Source: an uncultured candidatus Porisulfidus sp.
GTDB lineage: Bacteria > Pseudomonadota > Gammaproteobacteria > Poriferisulfidales > Poriferisulfidaceae
Length of the DNA: 64,000 nucleotides
Direction of reading: 5' to 3'
Assembly: GCA_965221375.1 (NCBI GenBank)
Contig: OZ244883.1
Coordinates: 892,409-956,408 of the forward strand
The notes under the pieces were generated by a model that saw nothing but the letters and a program-made list of their open reading frames with translations, made no database searches and was not told the DNA's origin. Both the position numbers and the translations under genes were made by a program. How positions within the stretch are numbered: position 1 is the first letter of the stretch; the number at the start of each line of letters is the position of its first letter. Positions 22,493 through 34,432 of the stretch are shown in pieces.

Positions 22493-25309
22493 TCAAAGCA
22501 TGGGGGCCAGGAATTGCCCCGTATGAGAGCGTTTGATACGGGCGACTTTCTCCGGCGAGCCTTGGGCAACCAGTCGGCCGCCTTTGTAGCCGCCTTCCGG
22601 GCCCAGATCGATAACCCAATCGGCGGTTTTGATGACATCGAGGTTATGTTCAATGACGATGACCGTATTGCCGCGATCGCGCAAGTGGTGCAGGACATTC
22701 AGCAGCAACTCAATATCGTGAAAGTGAAGTCCTGTTGTGGGCTCGTCCAGAATGTACAGGGTTTGTCCGGTACCCCGACGGGACAGTTCTCGTGACAATT
22801 TGATTCGCTGGGCTTCGCCTCCGGAGAGCGTCGTGGCGTTTTGACCCAGATGAATGTAGGACAGACCAACCTGCATGAGCGTATCCAGTTTGCGACGGAC
22901 CGCAGGAATGTTTTCAAAAAACTGCTGAGCCGTCTCTACGGTCATATCAAGCACGTCCGCAATCGTCTTGCCCTTGTACTGGATATCCAGGGTCTCGCGG
23001 TTGTAGCGCAGACCTCGACATACATCGCAAGGCACATAGACATCGGGGAGAAAGTGCATTTCGACCCGAGTCACCCCATCGCCTTCGCAGGCTTCACAGC
23101 GACCGCCACGGACGTTGAAGCTGAAACGGCCTGGTTTGTAACCACGGGAGCGGGATTCCGGCGTCTGTGAAAACAGTTCCCGCACAGGCCCGAACAAACC
23201 GGTGTACGTCGCCGGGTTGGAACGAGGAGTGCGGCCAATCGGACTTTGGTCGATGCGAATGATTTTGTCGATCAGTTCGCTGCCCTCTATAGTTTTGCAG
23301 GGGCCCGGGATAAAGCCTTTGGGCTGGGCAAGTTGACCGTAAAGGGTGTCATTAATCAGCGTAGACTTCCCGGATCCAGAGACTCCCGTGACGCAGGTAA
23401 ACAATCCTAAAGGAATCTTGACATCCAAATCGCGCAGATTGTTGCCTGAGGCCCCCAAAATATTCAGGCAGTGATCGTTGCGGAAGGGCACCCGGTTTTT
23501 TGGCACGGGGATTTCACGTTTGCCGGACAAGTATTGGCCGGTTAAGGACTTCGGATGGTTGATTATCTTTTCAGGCGGCCCACTCACCACAACCTGTCCC
23601 CCATGTACTCCCGCTCCCGGACCCAAATCGACCAAGAAATCCGCTTCACGGATGGCGGTTTCGTCATGCTCAACGACGAGCACGGTATTCCCCAGATTCC
23701 GCAAGTGGCCGAGGGTGTCCAGCAGTCGGGCGTTATCCCGCTGGTGCAGGCCGATGGAGGGCTCGTCCAGAATATAAGTGACGCCCACCAGTCCAGCTCC
23801 GATTTGACTGGCCAGACGAATGCGCTGGGCTTCTCCGCCTGAAAGTGTTTCGGCGCGCCGGTCCAGACTCAAATAGTCCAAACCTACATCGGCCAGGAAA
23901 TTCAGACGTTGTCGAATTTCACTGGAGATCTTTTCGGCAATACGCTCTTGTTTTCGGGAAAGCTTCAAATGGTTGAATGTCTTCAAGGCTTCGCCGATCG
24001 GCAGATGCGACAGCTGGGGTAGGGACCAGTTGTCGACAAATACATGGCGTGCCGATTCGTTGAGGCGCTCCCCATCACAAGCCCGGCAAGGTCTTTGGCT
24101 GAGATAGCGCGAAAGTTCTTCGCGGACCGCCGGAGATTGGGTATCGCGCAGACGCCGCAGCATATTGACCAGCAGTCCTTCAAAAGCATGTTTGGAGGTT
24201 TGGGTATTGCGCGCTCCTCGAATATAACTGTAGCCACGCTGAAAGACCACGGGCTCGCCCTTGGATCCATACAGAATAATCTCCTGAATGCGGCGCGGCA
24301 GTTTTCCAAACGCGACATCCAAAGAAAACTTGTAATGGCGGGCCAGCGAGGTCAACATTTGGTAGTAGCCGACGTTGCGGTAATCCCAACCGCGAAAGGC
24401 TCCATGGCGCAACGGCAACGATGCATCAACAAGTTTGCTTTCGTCGAAAAACTCTTCAGTGCCAAGACCGTCGCAGTGTTCACAAGCACCGACCGGGCTA
24501 TTGAAGGAAAACAGGCGGGGCTCCAGTTCGTCGAGGCTGTAGCCACACTTTGGGCAGGCGTATAGGCTCGAAAAGGTCAAATCAATCGCGGGCCCGTCCA
24601 GATTTTTGACTTTGGCCACCCCATGGCCCAGGCGCAAAGCGGTTTCAAAAGATTCGGCAAGTCGCGTTCGAATACCTTTTCTTACTTTGATGCGATCCAC
24701 TACGACGTCGATGGAGTGTTTGCGCCGCAAATCCAGTTGAATCCGTTCTCCGAGTTCGCGCACTTCGCCGTTGATGTGGGCGCGCAAGAAACCCTGGGTA
24801 CGCAGCGAATGAAGGACTTCTTCATGCTGGCCTTTGCGTTCACGAACGATAGGGGCCAGAATCATAATGCGCCGTCCTTCGGGCAGGGCGCGCACATGAT
24901 CGGTCATTTCGGTAATGGTCTGGGCCTGCAGAGAATCCCCGTGGGTCGGACAGCGAGGGACACCAATGCGGGCATACATCAAGCGAAGGTAATCGTGAAT
25001 TTCGGTAATCGTGCCGACCGTCGAGCGGGGGTTATGGGAGCCGCTTTTTTGTTCAATGGAGATCGCCGGCGAAAGGCCTTCAATACTGTCGACATCGGGT
25101 TTTTCCATACGCGCCAAGAACTGCCGCGCGTAGGCGGACAGGGATTCCACGTAGCGGCGCTGTCCTTCGGCAAAAATAGTGTCGAAAGCCAAAGATGACT
25201 TGCCGGAGCCGGACAAGCCCGTAATCACCGTCAGCTGATCTCGCGGGATATCAAGGTTGATGTCGGCCAGATTGTGGGTCCGGGCTCCGCGAATTTTGAT
25301 GGTGTCCAT
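22493..25309 (-). CDS. uvrA: Excinuclease ABC subunit A
   Basis: Two Walker A ([16 protein letters not shown]), two LSGGE signatures, Zn fingers, SNPATYTG. Confidence 0.99.
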   Translation of the reverse strand: MDTIKIRGARTHNLADINLDIPRDQLTVITGLSGSGKSSLAFDTIFAEGQRRYVESLSAYARQFLARMEKPDVDSIEGLSPAISIEQKSGSHNPRSTVGTITEIHDYLRLMYARIGVPRCPTHGDSLQAQTITEMTDHVRALPEGRRIMILAPIVRERKGQHEEVLHSLRTQGFLRAHINGEVRELGERIQLDLRRKHSIDVVVDRIKVRKGIRTRLAESFETALRLGHGVAKVKNLDGPAIDLTFSSLYACPKCGYSLDELEPRLFSFNSPVGACEHCDGLGTEEFFDESKLVDASLPLRHGAFRGWDYRNVGYYQMLTSLARHYKFSLDVAFGKLPRRIQEIILYGSKGEPVVFQRGYSYIRGARNTQTSKHAFEGLLVNMLRRLRDTQSPAVREELSRYLSQRPCRACDGERLNESARHVFVDNWSLPQLSHLPIGEALKTFNHLKLSRKQERIAEKISSEIRQRLNFLADVGLDYLSLDRRAETLSGGEAQRIRLASQIGAGLVGVTYILDEPSIGLHQRDNARLLDTLGHLRNLGNTVLVVEHDETAIREADFLVDLGPGAGVHGGQVVVSGPPEKIINHPKSLTGQYLSGKREIPVPKNRVPFRNDHCLNILGASGNNLRDLDVKIPLGLFTCVTGVSGSGKSTLINDTLYGQLAQPKGFIPGPCKTIEGSELIDKIIRIDQSPIGRTPRSNPATYTGLFGPVRELFSQTPESRSRGYKPGRFSFNVRGGRCEACEGDGVTRVEMHFLPDVYVPCDVCRGLRYNRETLDIQYKGKTIADVLDMTVETAQQFFENIPAVRRKLDTLMQVGLSYIHLGQNATTLSGGEAQRIKLSRELSRRGTGQTLYILDEPTTGLHFHDIELLLNVLHHLRDRGNTVIVIEHNLDVIKTADWVIDLGPEGGYKGGRLVAQGSPEKVARIKRSHTGQFLAPML

Positions 25310-25491
25310 AAACTATCAGATTATATAAACTACTGATTATTAAATAAAGAAATTACAAGTCTGTTTCAAGAAAAAGGACGCGACTTCTTTTAGAGGCAGT
25401 ACGGGGAGCGTGCGATACAATAGCGCCTCTTTGGGGTTGTCGCAAAGACGGCGGCACCGTTGTATCGTTTTTAATCTTTTAGTTCTTTTCG

Positions 25492-26685
25492 GTGTCTGAT
25501 TTTTCGTTAAACGCGCAGGAGCGCCATGCGGTGGCTGCGTTGGGCGGCGTGTACGCCTTGCGCATGCTGGGGTTGTTCATTATTTTACCGGTGTTCGCCA
25601 TCTATGCGGAAACACTGACGGAATCGACGGCCACCCTGGCCGGGATTGCAGTGGGTATCTACGGATTGACTTCGGCGCTGCTGCAGATTCCGATGGGCTG
25701 GCTTTCCGATCGTTTTGGACGGCGCGCCGTGGTATTGCTGGGGTTGTTGATCTTCGTGCTGGGCAGTGTGGTGGCTGCCGAGGCGACCGATATTTGGCAG
25801 ATGATCTTGGGCCGAGCACTGCAGGGAGCGGGGGCCGTGTCAGCAGCGTTGACTGCGTGGGTTGCGGACCTCAGTCGCGAGCAGGTGCGCGCTAAAGTCA
25901 TGGCGATGATTGGCGTGTTGATTGGGGCGACATTCATTGCTTCGCTGATCGTGGCGCCGTGGCTGTCGGGGCAGGTCGGGGTGCCCGGTATTTTTTGGAT
26001 CGTTGCCGGCCTGGGCGTTGCGGCCATGTTGATTGTGAGCACTTGGATTTCCGTGCCGACGGCGTCAAATTATCATGCGACAAGTTCATGGAGTCATGCT
26101 TGGGAAGCCTTGCGTGACAGGCGTTTGCTGCTGTTGAGTTTGGGGGCTGCGGTGATCCACATGGTGTTGGTGGCAAATTTCATGTCTCTGCCTCTGGCCA
26201 TGCGGGACATGGCCGGTTTGGATCTTGAGCACCACAGCCTGTTTTACTTTATCGTGCTGGTCGGCTCGATTCTTCCCTTGTTTATGGTGCTGCGTTGGAT
26301 TCGAACACGGGTGGCGCAAGGGATGCGTTGGGCCGCGCTGCTGCTGGCCGCCAGCGAAGTTGTGCTGATCCTGGTGCGCCACGATATTTGGCTTCTGGGC
26401 GTTGTTTTGCTGCTGTTTTTCCTTGCTTTCAATATTTTGGAAGCACAGTTCCCCACCCAGGTGTCGCGCTTGTGTCCTCCCAACCTGAAAGGCATGTCAT
26501 TGGGTATTTTCACCACCGCACAGTTTCTGGGCGCCTTTTTGGGAGGCGTGCTGACCGGCGTGTTTCTGCAAAGCGACAACGCGCCGGGATTGTATGCGGT
26601 GCTGGCATTGGCCATGCTGCTGTGGGCCGTGGCGTCCAATCGGTTAGAATTGGAGACTGAAACGCCGTCCAAGGCGACGCATTAG
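25492..26685 (+). CDS. MFS transporter (YajR-like)
   Basis: ~12 hydrophobic segments, motif A GWLSDRFGRR, LRMLGLFIILPV; conserved uvrA-MFS-ssb arrangement. Confidence 0.9.
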   Translation: MSDFSLNAQERHAVAALGGVYALRMLGLFIILPVFAIYAETLTESTATLAGIAVGIYGLTSALLQIPMGWLSDRFGRRAVVLLGLLIFVLGSVVAAEATDIWQMILGRALQGAGAVSAALTAWVADLSREQVRAKVMAMIGVLIGATFIASLIVAPWLSGQVGVPGIFWIVAGLGVAAMLIVSTWISVPTASNYHATSSWSHAWEALRDRRLLLLSLGAAVIHMVLVANFMSLPLAMRDMAGLDLEHHSLFYFIVLVGSILPLFMVLRWIRTRVAQGMRWAALLLAASEVVLILVRHDIWLLGVVLLLFFLAFNILEAQFPTQVSRLCPPNLKGMSLGIFTTAQFLGAFLGGVLTGVFLQSDNAPGLYAVLALAMLLWAVASNRLELETETPSKATH

Positions 26686-26730
26686 AACATCGAATTTCAG
26701 GTGCAGTAGGGATTTAGATCGGGAGCATAA

Positions 26731-27207
26731 ATGGCACGAGGAGTCAATCGAGTCACCCTGTTAGGGAATTTGGGTGGAGATCCGGAAATTCGTCAGACAC
26801 AAAGTGGTATCAGTGTCTGCACGATTTCGGTGGCAACCAGTTACAGTCGGCGTGATCGCGATACCAACGAATGGGTCGAAGAGACCGATTGGCATCGTGT
26901 CGTCTTGTTCCGCAATTTGGCGGATGTGGCGGGTCGCTATCTGCGCAAGGGCTCGCAGGTCTATATTGAAGGGAAACTGAAAACGCGGAAATATCAGGAT
27001 TCCGAAGGACACAACCGATATTCCACAGAAGTCGTCGCAGATGAGATGCAAATGCTGGGGTCTCGCGGCGGTGGGGAAATGCCGCCGCCAGCAGCGTCTT
27101 CTTCACCTCCGGCGGCGTCCTCTTCGCCGCCTTCACGACCGGCCAGCGAAGCGCGTAGTCCGACGGCCGGATTGGATGATGATTTTGATGACGATATCCC
27201 GTTTTGA
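26731..27207 (+). CDS. ssb: Single-stranded DNA-binding protein, copy 1
   Basis: [29 protein letters not shown], acidic tip DDDIPF. Confidence 0.97.
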   Translation: MARGVNRVTLLGNLGGDPEIRQTQSGISVCTISVATSYSRRDRDTNEWVEETDWHRVVLFRNLADVAGRYLRKGSQVYIEGKLKTRKYQDSEGHNRYSTEVVADEMQMLGSRGGGEMPPPAASSSPPAASSSPPSRPASEARSPTAGLDDDFDDDIPF

Positions 27208-27382
27208 AGCAGTTCCGCGGCAAATCGGATAGAATTGAATGAACGGAAACCGCGCATTAGAAAGGGCGCCACAAAGAAGTCGATAAACTTGCGTGTGGTA
27301 CGTGCGTAAAGATTACATAAATGCATAAGGCTTGATGTCGGAGGCGCAGGGATCGCGCAGCATAGGAGCCGGAGGAGAAAAC

Positions 27383-27865
27383 ATGTCCAGAGGAGTAAAT
27401 AAAGTTATTTTGGTCGGCAATTTGGGAGCGGATCCTGAACTTCGTCAAACCAAGAGTGGGTCCAGTGTGTGCAATATGCGCATCGTGACCAACGATTGGC
27501 GGCGTGACAATGTGACGCACGAGCGTGTCGAGACATCCGAATGGCACAACATCGTTCTGTTCAAGCGTTTGGCGGAAGTGGCAGCCAATTACCTGAAAAA
27601 AGGCTCGCAAGTCTATATTGAAGGCAAACTGCGCACCCGAAAATGGCAAGACCAGGAAGGCAACAATCGCTACAGCACCGAGGTGATTGCCGAAGAAATG
27701 CAGATGCTGGGACGTAGCGGCGGTGGCGGCAGCAATTACGAATCGCGTCGTGGCGATGGCAACTATGAGTCGCGCTCGGAGAGCAACTACGAATCAGGAA
27801 ATCGCTACCCGTCCGGCAATCGCCAAAGCGGGGAAAGCGAATACGATGAAGATATCCCATTCTAG
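27383..27865 (+). CDS. ssb: Single-stranded DNA-binding protein, copy 2
   Basis: [30 protein letters not shown], tip DEDIPF; SD GGAGGAG before ATG 27383. Confidence 0.97.
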   Translation: MSRGVNKVILVGNLGADPELRQTKSGSSVCNMRIVTNDWRRDNVTHERVETSEWHNIVLFKRLAEVAANYLKKGSQVYIEGKLRTRKWQDQEGNNRYSTEVIAEEMQMLGRSGGGGSNYESRRGDGNYESRSESNYESGNRYPSGNRQSGESEYDEDIPF

Positions 27866-27895
27866 ACAGCCGGTAGACATCCGGCGGAAGGAGTG

Positions 27896-29230
27896 ATGGC
27901 CGGCAAGTATTTCATCGAAACACACGGCTGCCAGATGAATGAGTACGATTCCGCACGTATGCGGGATGTGCTCCAAAAACAACTGGGAATGACTCCGGCG
28001 ACACATGAATCGGAAGCCGATGTCATGTTGCTGAACACCTGTTCGGTTCGCGAAAAAGCGCAAGAAAAAGTGTTTAGCCGCCTGGGGCGACTGGGTCGCT
28101 ACAAACAAGTCCGCCCTGAAGTGCTGATCGGTGTCGGAGGATGCGTGGCAAGCCAAGAGGGCGAAAACCTACGGCGTCGTGCCCCGCAGGTCGATATCGT
28201 GTTCGGGCCTCAGACGCTACATCGTTTGCCTCAACTGATCGAGCAGGCGCGAAGCGGGCAAGCCGCGATTGACATCAGTTTCCCGGAGATCGAGAAATTT
28301 GATCGCTTGCCGGAACCTGCCGTATGCGGAGCGTCGGCTTTTGTGTCGATTATGGAAGGGTGCAGCAAATACTGCTCATTCTGTGTGGTGCCGTACACAC
28401 GAGGCCCGGAAGTCAGCCGCCCCTTTGACGATGTAATCCAGGAAGTGGTCGGACTTGCCGAGCGAGGAGTGTGTGAGGTCACGCTCTTGGGACAAAATGT
28501 CAATGCCTGGCGTGCTCCGATGCATGATGGGCAGCCGGCAGACTTCGCGTTGCTTCTACGTTATGTTGCCGCGGTCGAAGGAATTGAGCGCGTGCGATAT
28601 ACCACTTCACATCCTTTGGAATTTACGGATTCATTGATTGCGGCCCATGCTGAGGTCGAAGAACTGGCGGCGCATGTGCATCTCCCGGTACAGAGTGGTT
28701 CGGACCGCGTGCTGGCGGCCATGAAGCGGGGTTATACGGCATTGGAATACAAATCCATCATTCGAAAACTCAAGGCGGCACGACCGGAGATTTCGGTGTC
28801 TTCCGATTTCATCGTCGGGTTCCCCGGCGAGACGGAAGAAGATTTTGAGCGTACTTGCGAGTTGACGCACGAAATGAATTTTGATCAGAGTTTCAGTTTC
28901 CTCTACAGCGCTCGTCCTGGCACGCCTGCGGCGGAACTGGAAGACGAAGTGCCTTTGGATGATAAGAAGGCACGCCTTGCCCGGTTGCAGGCTCAACTGG
29001 AGACCCAGGCCACCGCGATTGCGCAGACACGTCTGAATACCGTGCAGCGCGTTCTTGTGGAGGGACCCTCGCGGCGAAATCCAAAAGAATTGGCGGGTCG
29101 AGCTTCCGACAATCGTGTCATCAATTTTTCAGGCGGCGAAGCCCTGATCGGCACGTTCCAGTCCGTGCGCGTCACAGACACGCGCGCGCATTCCTTACGC
29201 GGTGAGTGGGTTTCATCCGAACTGCCTTGA
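27896..29230 (+). CDS. miaB: tRNA-i6A37 methylthiotransferase
   Basis: [18 protein letters not shown], radical-SAM [19 protein letters not shown]-terminal TRAM. Confidence 0.97.
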   Translation: MAGKYFIETHGCQMNEYDSARMRDVLQKQLGMTPATHESEADVMLLNTCSVREKAQEKVFSRLGRLGRYKQVRPEVLIGVGGCVASQEGENLRRRAPQVDIVFGPQTLHRLPQLIEQARSGQAAIDISFPEIEKFDRLPEPAVCGASAFVSIMEGCSKYCSFCVVPYTRGPEVSRPFDDVIQEVVGLAERGVCEVTLLGQNVNAWRAPMHDGQPADFALLLRYVAAVEGIERVRYTTSHPLEFTDSLIAAHAEVEELAAHVHLPVQSGSDRVLAAMKRGYTALEYKSIIRKLKAARPEISVSSDFIVGFPGETEEDFERTCELTHEMNFDQSFSFLYSARPGTPAAELEDEVPLDDKKARLARLQAQLETQATAIAQTRLNTVQRVLVEGPSRRNPKELAGRASDNRVINFSGGEALIGTFQSVRVTDTRAHSLRGEWVSSELP

Positions 29231-30180
29231 GCACGCAACCCAGTACATTGAAGCTGCTTCTGCAGCCTGCCGACAATCTGCGTCTGGCCAACCTGTGTGG
29301 GCCGCTGGGGGAGCATTTGCATCAGATGGAAGCGCGGTTCGGCATTGAGATTCATCACCGTGGGCATGATTTTCAATTGATTGGAGATCGCATGTCGGTG
29401 GTGACGGCTGCGGAACTTCTCCAGGACATGTACCGCCATACGGAAAAGGAAGAACTGTCTGCCGCCAGCGTCAACCGTTTTCTGTTGACGAATGAAGATA
29501 CAACCTCGGTGGAGATGCCGGTGGCGGAATTAAGGCTGCGGCGAGTCAAACTGCGTACTTATGGAGCCAATCAAGCCCGTTATCTGGCCGCGCTGCGCGA
29601 TCACGATTTGGTGTTTGGTGTTGGTCCGGCAGGCACCGGCAAGACCTATTTGGCGATCGCCCAGGCGGTGCATGCCTTGGAGCAGGAGCAAGTGCAGCGA
29701 ATCGTACTGGTGCGGCCTGTGGTAGAAGCGGGCGAGCGACTTGGATTTTTGCCTGGAGATCTGACACAAAAAGTCGACCCTTATTTGCGGCCCATGTACG
29801 ACGCGCTGAATGAACTGATGGGGCGTGAGCAGGCGGCCCGGTTGCTGGAGACCGGGGTGATTGAAATTGCACCCCTGGCTTACATGCGTGGGCGCACATT
29901 GAACGATGCGTTTGTGGTTTTCGACGAGGCGCAAAATGCCACGCGCGCCCAGATGAAAATGCTGTTGACGCGGTTGGGTTTCGGAGCTCGTACCGTCGTC
30001 ACAGGGGATTTGACCCAAACCGATCTGTTGACGGAAGATCGCTCGGGGCTGGAAGAAGCCTTGGATATTCTCAACGATACTTCCGGGATCGCATTTGTGC
30101 ATTTCAAGCGGCGTGATGTGGTGCGACATCCCTTGGTGCGGCAAATCCTTGAGGCTTATGCACGCCGCCGGCCATCGTGA
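29227..30180 (+). CDS. PhoH-family ATPase (YbeZ/PhoH2-like)
   Basis: [37 protein letters not shown]; TTG start overlapping miaB stop inferred. Confidence 0.93.
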   Translation: MSTQPSTLKLLLQPADNLRLANLCGPLGEHLHQMEARFGIEIHHRGHDFQLIGDRMSVVTAAELLQDMYRHTEKEELSAASVNRFLLTNEDTTSVEMPVAELRLRRVKLRTYGANQARYLAALRDHDLVFGVGPAGTGKTYLAIAQAVHALEQEQVQRIVLVRPVVEAGERLGFLPGDLTQKVDPYLRPMYDALNELMGREQAARLLETGVIEIAPLAYMRGRTLNDAFVVFDEAQNATRAQMKMLLTRLGFGARTVVTGDLTQTDLLTEDRSGLEEALDILNDTSGIAFVHFKRRDVVRHPLVRQILEAYARRRPS

Positions 30181-30626
30181 TTGTGCAGGCTGACGTTCAG
30201 TATGCGATCGAAATGCCTGGCGTGCCTGCTGCGGCACAGTTTCGACGCTGGGTCGAGGCCATCCCGGATGCTCCGGACGCGACGGTATGCATCCGCCTGG
30301 TGGACATGGCTGAAATGAAACAACTCAACAGCCGCTACCGCCAGATTCAAAAAGCCACCAACGTGCTGGCTTTTGAGTCGGACGAGGAGCAGCGCACACG
30401 CGGACAATGGGGCGATTTGGTGATCTGCGTGCCGGAAGTTTTGCGCGAGGCGCAGCAATACGCATGCTCGGTTGAAGCCCGCTTCGCACATATGACAGTC
30501 CATGGCCTATTGCATTTGCTGGGTTATGACCACGATAAACCCGAGGCGGCCGCGCAGATGGAGGATGCGGAACGGACCATCCTGGGCGAGTTGGGCTACT
30601 CTAATCCTTATGAGATTTCGCCATGA
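30177..30626 (+). CDS. ybeY: rRNA maturation endoribonuclease YbeY
   Basis: LNSRYR, TNVLAF, GDLVIC, HGLLHLLGYDH. Confidence 0.95.
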   Translation: MIVQADVQYAIEMPGVPAAAQFRRWVEAIPDAPDATVCIRLVDMAEMKQLNSRYRQIQKATNVLAFESDEEQRTRGQWGDLVICVPEVLREAQQYACSVEARFAHMTVHGLLHLLGYDHDKPEAAAQMEDAERTILGELGYSNPYEISP

Positions 30627-31480
30627 TGTCTTTTCTTAAGAAGGATCTGCCGCGGCATTTGCGCTATTGGTTCTGGCAGCGTCAATGGTTTATGCCGCAA
30701 TCACCGGACGAAGCTCGGGCTTTAGTGCTCAGTTTGAGCAGAAACCAACATTTGGATGACAGCTTGTGCAGCGTGCTGGAGAATGCCTTCAACATTTCCC
30801 GGATGCGGGTTTCCGACATCATGATTCCTCGCCCCGATATGATTGTCATCGAGACGGATGCCTCGCGCAAGAGTGTCATTGAGAAAGTGGCAAAACACGG
30901 TCATTCACGTTATCCGGTGATTGACGGTGATCGCAGTTCGGTGGTTGGTGTTTTGTTGGCCAAGGACGTGCTGATGCGTCATCAGGAAACCGGTGCGCGG
31001 GAAGAATTCTCGGTCAAAGACCTGATGTTGCCGCCGCAAACATTTCCGGGCAGCAAACGTCTTTCGGATTTACTCAAGGATTTTCGTACCACGCGCAGTC
31101 ATATGGGCATTGTGGTTAATGAATATAACGAGGCGGCAGGGCTGGTGACGATTGAAGATGTGCTGGAAGAGATTGTCGGTGAAATTGAAGACGAACACGA
31201 TCGGGAAGCGGAAATTAAAAAAATCCGGTTATTGGGAGACGGACGCTACCAGATTGAGCCTACCGTGCCTTTGGAAGATTTCAACGAGCATTTCAATGTA
31301 ACTCTCCAAGCGGGGCGTCGCGCAACGATTGGTGAGTTGGTACTGCAGCGTCTTGGCCATTTCCCGACATTTGAGGAACAGGTCGAAATTGACACGTTCA
31401 AGTTCACGGTTACGCGCCTTTCCGGGCGACGGATTCGCTTGGAAGTGTCGCGTAATTCCCAGGCACATCTGCCTTTGTGA
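30623..31480 (+). CDS. corC: CBS/CorC-domain Mg/Co transport-associated protein
   Basis: DIMIPR, HSRYPV, GLVTIEDVLEEIVGEIEDE; position between ybeY and lnt. Confidence 0.9.
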   Translation: MMSFLKKDLPRHLRYWFWQRQWFMPQSPDEARALVLSLSRNQHLDDSLCSVLENAFNISRMRVSDIMIPRPDMIVIETDASRKSVIEKVAKHGHSRYPVIDGDRSSVVGVLLAKDVLMRHQETGAREEFSVKDLMLPPQTFPGSKRLSDLLKDFRTTRSHMGIVVNEYNEAAGLVTIEDVLEEIVGEIEDEHDREAEIKKIRLLGDGRYQIEPTVPLEDFNEHFNVTLQAGRRATIGELVLQRLGHFPTFEEQVEIDTFKFTVTRLSGRRIRLEVSRNSQAHLPL

Positions 31481-32979
31481 AACTTGCCCACAAATCCAAT
31501 AGCGCATGGCGTGGGCACACGCTAGCGTTGGGTGGTGGGGTCCTCGCATCTTTCGGGTTTGCCCCGTACTCCTGGCGGGTTGCCTTGCTGGCGGGACTCG
31601 TTGCACTGTTTTGGACTTTGCACGCATGTACCCCAAAACAGGCAATGCTGCGGGGCGGCTTGTTTGGTTTGGGGTATTTTGGTTTCGGGGTCTACTGGGT
31701 GTATTACAGCGTGTACGTCTATGCCTACACGCCACTCGGAATCGCAATTTTCCTTACCATGCTGCTGGTGCTGTTTTTAGCACTGTATCCGGCTCTGGCA
31801 TCTTGGTTGGTCGCTCGACTTCTGCCGGTCGGAGCGCTTCGTTTAATTGGTGCAGCAACATTGCTGGCCCTGGCGGAATGGGTGCGGGCTATCCTGTTTA
31901 CCGGGTTCCCATGGGTATTGATTGGGCAGGGGAGTCTGGATAGTATGTGGGCCGGCTATCTGCCGGTTATGGGGGTATATGGGGCTGGCTTGATGTTGCT
32001 GTTGTCCGCCGCCGCATTGGCCGGTTGGCTACGGCAGCCATTTTCACACGGTGTTACCTGGCTCGGGGTGGCAGCACTTATTGCTGGCACAGGGGTAGGT
32101 TTTCGGCAAATTGAATGGAGTACTCCGTTTGGGTCGCCGGTATCTGTTTCCTTGGTGCAGACGAATTTGAACCAGGACCTGCGCTGGCGCCGCGATCATT
32201 TGCCAGAGATTAAGCAAAGTTATCTGGAAATGAGCCAACAAGCGCAACCTGCGCAGTTGATCGTTTGGCCGGAAGCGGCGATTCCGCAATTGCTGCAGCA
32301 GATAGAGCCTTTTTACCAGCAGGTCATGCAGACGCAACCAGCAACAACGACACTGCTGGCAGGAGCGTTTTACAAGGAATCAGAAGATGCCAGGCCTCAG
32401 ACCGGATTGATCAACCTTCGGACGCATCAACGCTATGGCAAACGCCATTTGGTTCCGTTTGGTGAATATACGCCGTTTGAATCATGGTTGCAGCCGCTGT
32501 ACCGACACATGCATATTCGGATGCGGAATCTTCAGGCGTCCAATGATCGTCCCTTGTTGCGTGTTCATGATGTGCCGGTCGGCGTCACCATTTGCTATGA
32601 GTCCATTTATCCGCAAATCACCCGTATGGCTTTTCCGGAAGCGGCGTATCTGGTTAATGTAAGTAATGATGCGTGGTTTGGGGCAACCAGAGCTCCGAGG
32701 CAACATTTGGAGGCCGCCCGTGTGCGTGCTGCAGAAACGGCTCGCGAGATGTTGCGGGCAACCAGCACAGGTATTACGGCGATTTTGGGCGCGGATGGCG
32801 CCGTCGTGTCCGAAGCGCCACAGTTTGAGAGGGCAATTTTGAGAGGTGAAGTGCGGACTCGACGGGGTTTAACCTCCTATGTGCTCTGGGGTAATACATT
32901 TTTCTTTGGACTGATTGGCGCGATACTGATAATGTGTGCGTGGGAGTGCAAAAAGCAACGGAGGGTTCAGCAACTGTAA
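31477..32979 (+). CDS. lnt: Apolipoprotein N-acyltransferase (core copy)
   Basis: GFPW, catalytic WPE, K in YGKRHLVPFGEY, C in ICYE, SNDAWFG. Confidence 0.96.
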   Translation: MKLAHKSNSAWRGHTLALGGGVLASFGFAPYSWRVALLAGLVALFWTLHACTPKQAMLRGGLFGLGYFGFGVYWVYYSVYVYAYTPLGIAIFLTMLLVLFLALYPALASWLVARLLPVGALRLIGAATLLALAEWVRAILFTGFPWVLIGQGSLDSMWAGYLPVMGVYGAGLMLLLSAAALAGWLRQPFSHGVTWLGVAALIAGTGVGFRQIEWSTPFGSPVSVSLVQTNLNQDLRWRRDHLPEIKQSYLEMSQQAQPAQLIVWPEAAIPQLLQQIEPFYQQVMQTQPATTTLLAGAFYKESEDARPQTGLINLRTHQRYGKRHLVPFGEYTPFESWLQPLYRHMHIRMRNLQASNDRPLLRVHDVPVGVTICYESIYPQITRMAFPEAAYLVNVSNDAWFGATRAPRQHLEAARVRAAETAREMLRATSTGITAILGADGAVVSEAPQFERAILRGEVRTRRGLTSYVLWGNTFFFGLIGAILIMCAWECKKQRRVQQL

Positions 32980-33102
32980 ATTCGGTGGGGGTGAATCCGG
33001 ATAAATTCTTCGCACTCCCTAATTTGGGGTAGGGCTTGACTTGTGTTAGAATCCGCGAAACCAATTTTTGCCTTCGCCAGATTTCAATTGCTCGTTCCTC
33101 CG

Positions 33103-34302
33103 ATGCGAAGGATTTCCTCTTTATATTCACTAGCGCGAACCCAGCGCGGCGTTCGGAGGGAATTTTTCGTATTAGTGTTGCTGGCGTGTTGGATGGTGTT
33201 CACTGACGTGTGGGCAACAATTCCTCCACCATCGCCACCACCGCCGGTGACAAACCCGCGGCCGACACCGCCGAGCGTGACGGCCAATGCGGGTCCTGAC
33301 CAAACAGTAACCGGGGGCAGTCTGGTGCAGTTGAGTGGCACGACGGGGGCGGGGATCAGCGTGAGTTGGAGCCAGGTTGCCGGTCCTACAGTGGCACTGA
33401 GCAGTCTCTCATCGTCGGCGCCGACATTCCAGGCGCCGGCCACGAGTTCAAGCACGCAGACGTTGACGTTTCGTTACACTGCCAGCAGAAACTGGAGTTG
33501 GTGCCGCCGCTATGCACCTATTGGTGGTGGCTGTGCTGATACTGTCCACGAAACGGAAACAGCTTCGGATACAGTGGACGTGGTGGTACCTCCACCACCC
33601 TTGATTGCGGAGGCGGGTCCGGCACAAACAGTGGATTCGGGGACATTGGGGACGCTGTCGGGCTCGGCGAAAGGGGGCGAAGGGACGAGAAGTTACGCGT
33701 GGACGCAGACGGAGGGCTTGCCGATGGTGTTGCTTAGCGGTGCGGACCAAGCGAGCGCGAGTTTCACAGCGCCGCTGGTGACGGCACGCACAACGCTGAC
33801 GTTTAAGTTGACGGTTACGGCCGGGAGTGAAATATCAACGGATACCGTTCAAGTCACTGTGGCGGGCCCTGAGGTAGTGAGCGTGGCATTTACCTCTCGT
33901 CCTGCGGCAGGTAACACCTACAGGCTTGGCGAACGGATTCGCTCTCGGGTTGCGTTCGACAGGATTATGACTGTGTCCGGAAGCCCTGTATTGGCGTTGG
34001 AGATTGGCACACAAACCCGTTCGATGACGCATATAGGACTGACCAGAAGTCGAGTGTTGGATTTTGAATATCAGGTACAGGCATCGGATTTGGATACAGA
34101 TGGTATAAGCGTGGGTGAAAACGCGCTTTCCGTGTTGGCAGACACCTCAATAACCGACCATTTCGGTCGTCCGGCCATGCTGAGTTTGTCTGGTCACGAG
34201 ATCGTAAATCAGGCAGCTCGAAAAGTGGATGGGAGCCAGAGTTCGACTTTGCCAACAGGGGGGACTTTGCCTGCCTGCACTATGACCACTCCGGTTCTCT
34301 AG
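33103..34302 (+). CDS. Secreted PKD/Ig-like repeat protein (adhesin/adaptor), paralogue 1
   Basis: Signal peptide ending VWA, Pro-rich linker, two A.AGPDQTV..W.Q..GP.V.L PKD-like repeats, C-terminal Ig-like domain (TY..GE.I...FEYQVQASDLDTDGI). Confidence 0.75.
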   Translation: MRRISSLYSLARTQRGVRREFFVLVLLACWMVFTDVWATIPPPSPPPPVTNPRPTPPSVTANAGPDQTVTGGSLVQLSGTTGAGISVSWSQVAGPTVALSSLSSSAPTFQAPATSSSTQTLTFRYTASRNWSWCRRYAPIGGGCADTVHETETASDTVDVVVPPPPLIAEAGPAQTVDSGTLGTLSGSAKGGEGTRSYAWTQTEGLPMVLLSGADQASASFTAPLVTARTTLTFKLTVTAGSEISTDTVQVTVAGPEVVSVAFTSRPAAGNTYRLGERIRSRVAFDRIMTVSGSPVLALEIGTQTRSMTHIGLTRSRVLDFEYQVQASDLDTDGISVGENALSVLADTSITDHFGRPAMLSLSGHEIVNQAARKVDGSQSSTLPTGGTLPACTMTTPVL

Positions 34303-34432
34303 TTAGTAACTCGTTGTTGTGAAACTGCCCCTACGGAATAAGAAAGAGAAGCGAGGGACACTGGCGGGTAGCGCCGGAGGCTTGGGGCGGGCCGCTAGGC
34401 ACTTACGCCGGATTTCTCCTTTGTGTTTGCCG

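Noticed and set aside
25310-25491. SOS (LexA) box between uvrA and MFS-ssb
   Set aside because: No CTGT-N8-ACAG; the best hit (CTGT-N8-AAAG) is imperfect. An ATCAG-N13-CTGAT repeat and an IHF-like TAAACTACTGATT are present but too weak in AT-rich DNA to call
34300-34345. Possible stop-codon readthrough fusing PKD1 to PKD2
   Set aside because: The PKD1 frame meets another stop (TAA) 13 codons later, and PKD2 has its own signal peptide
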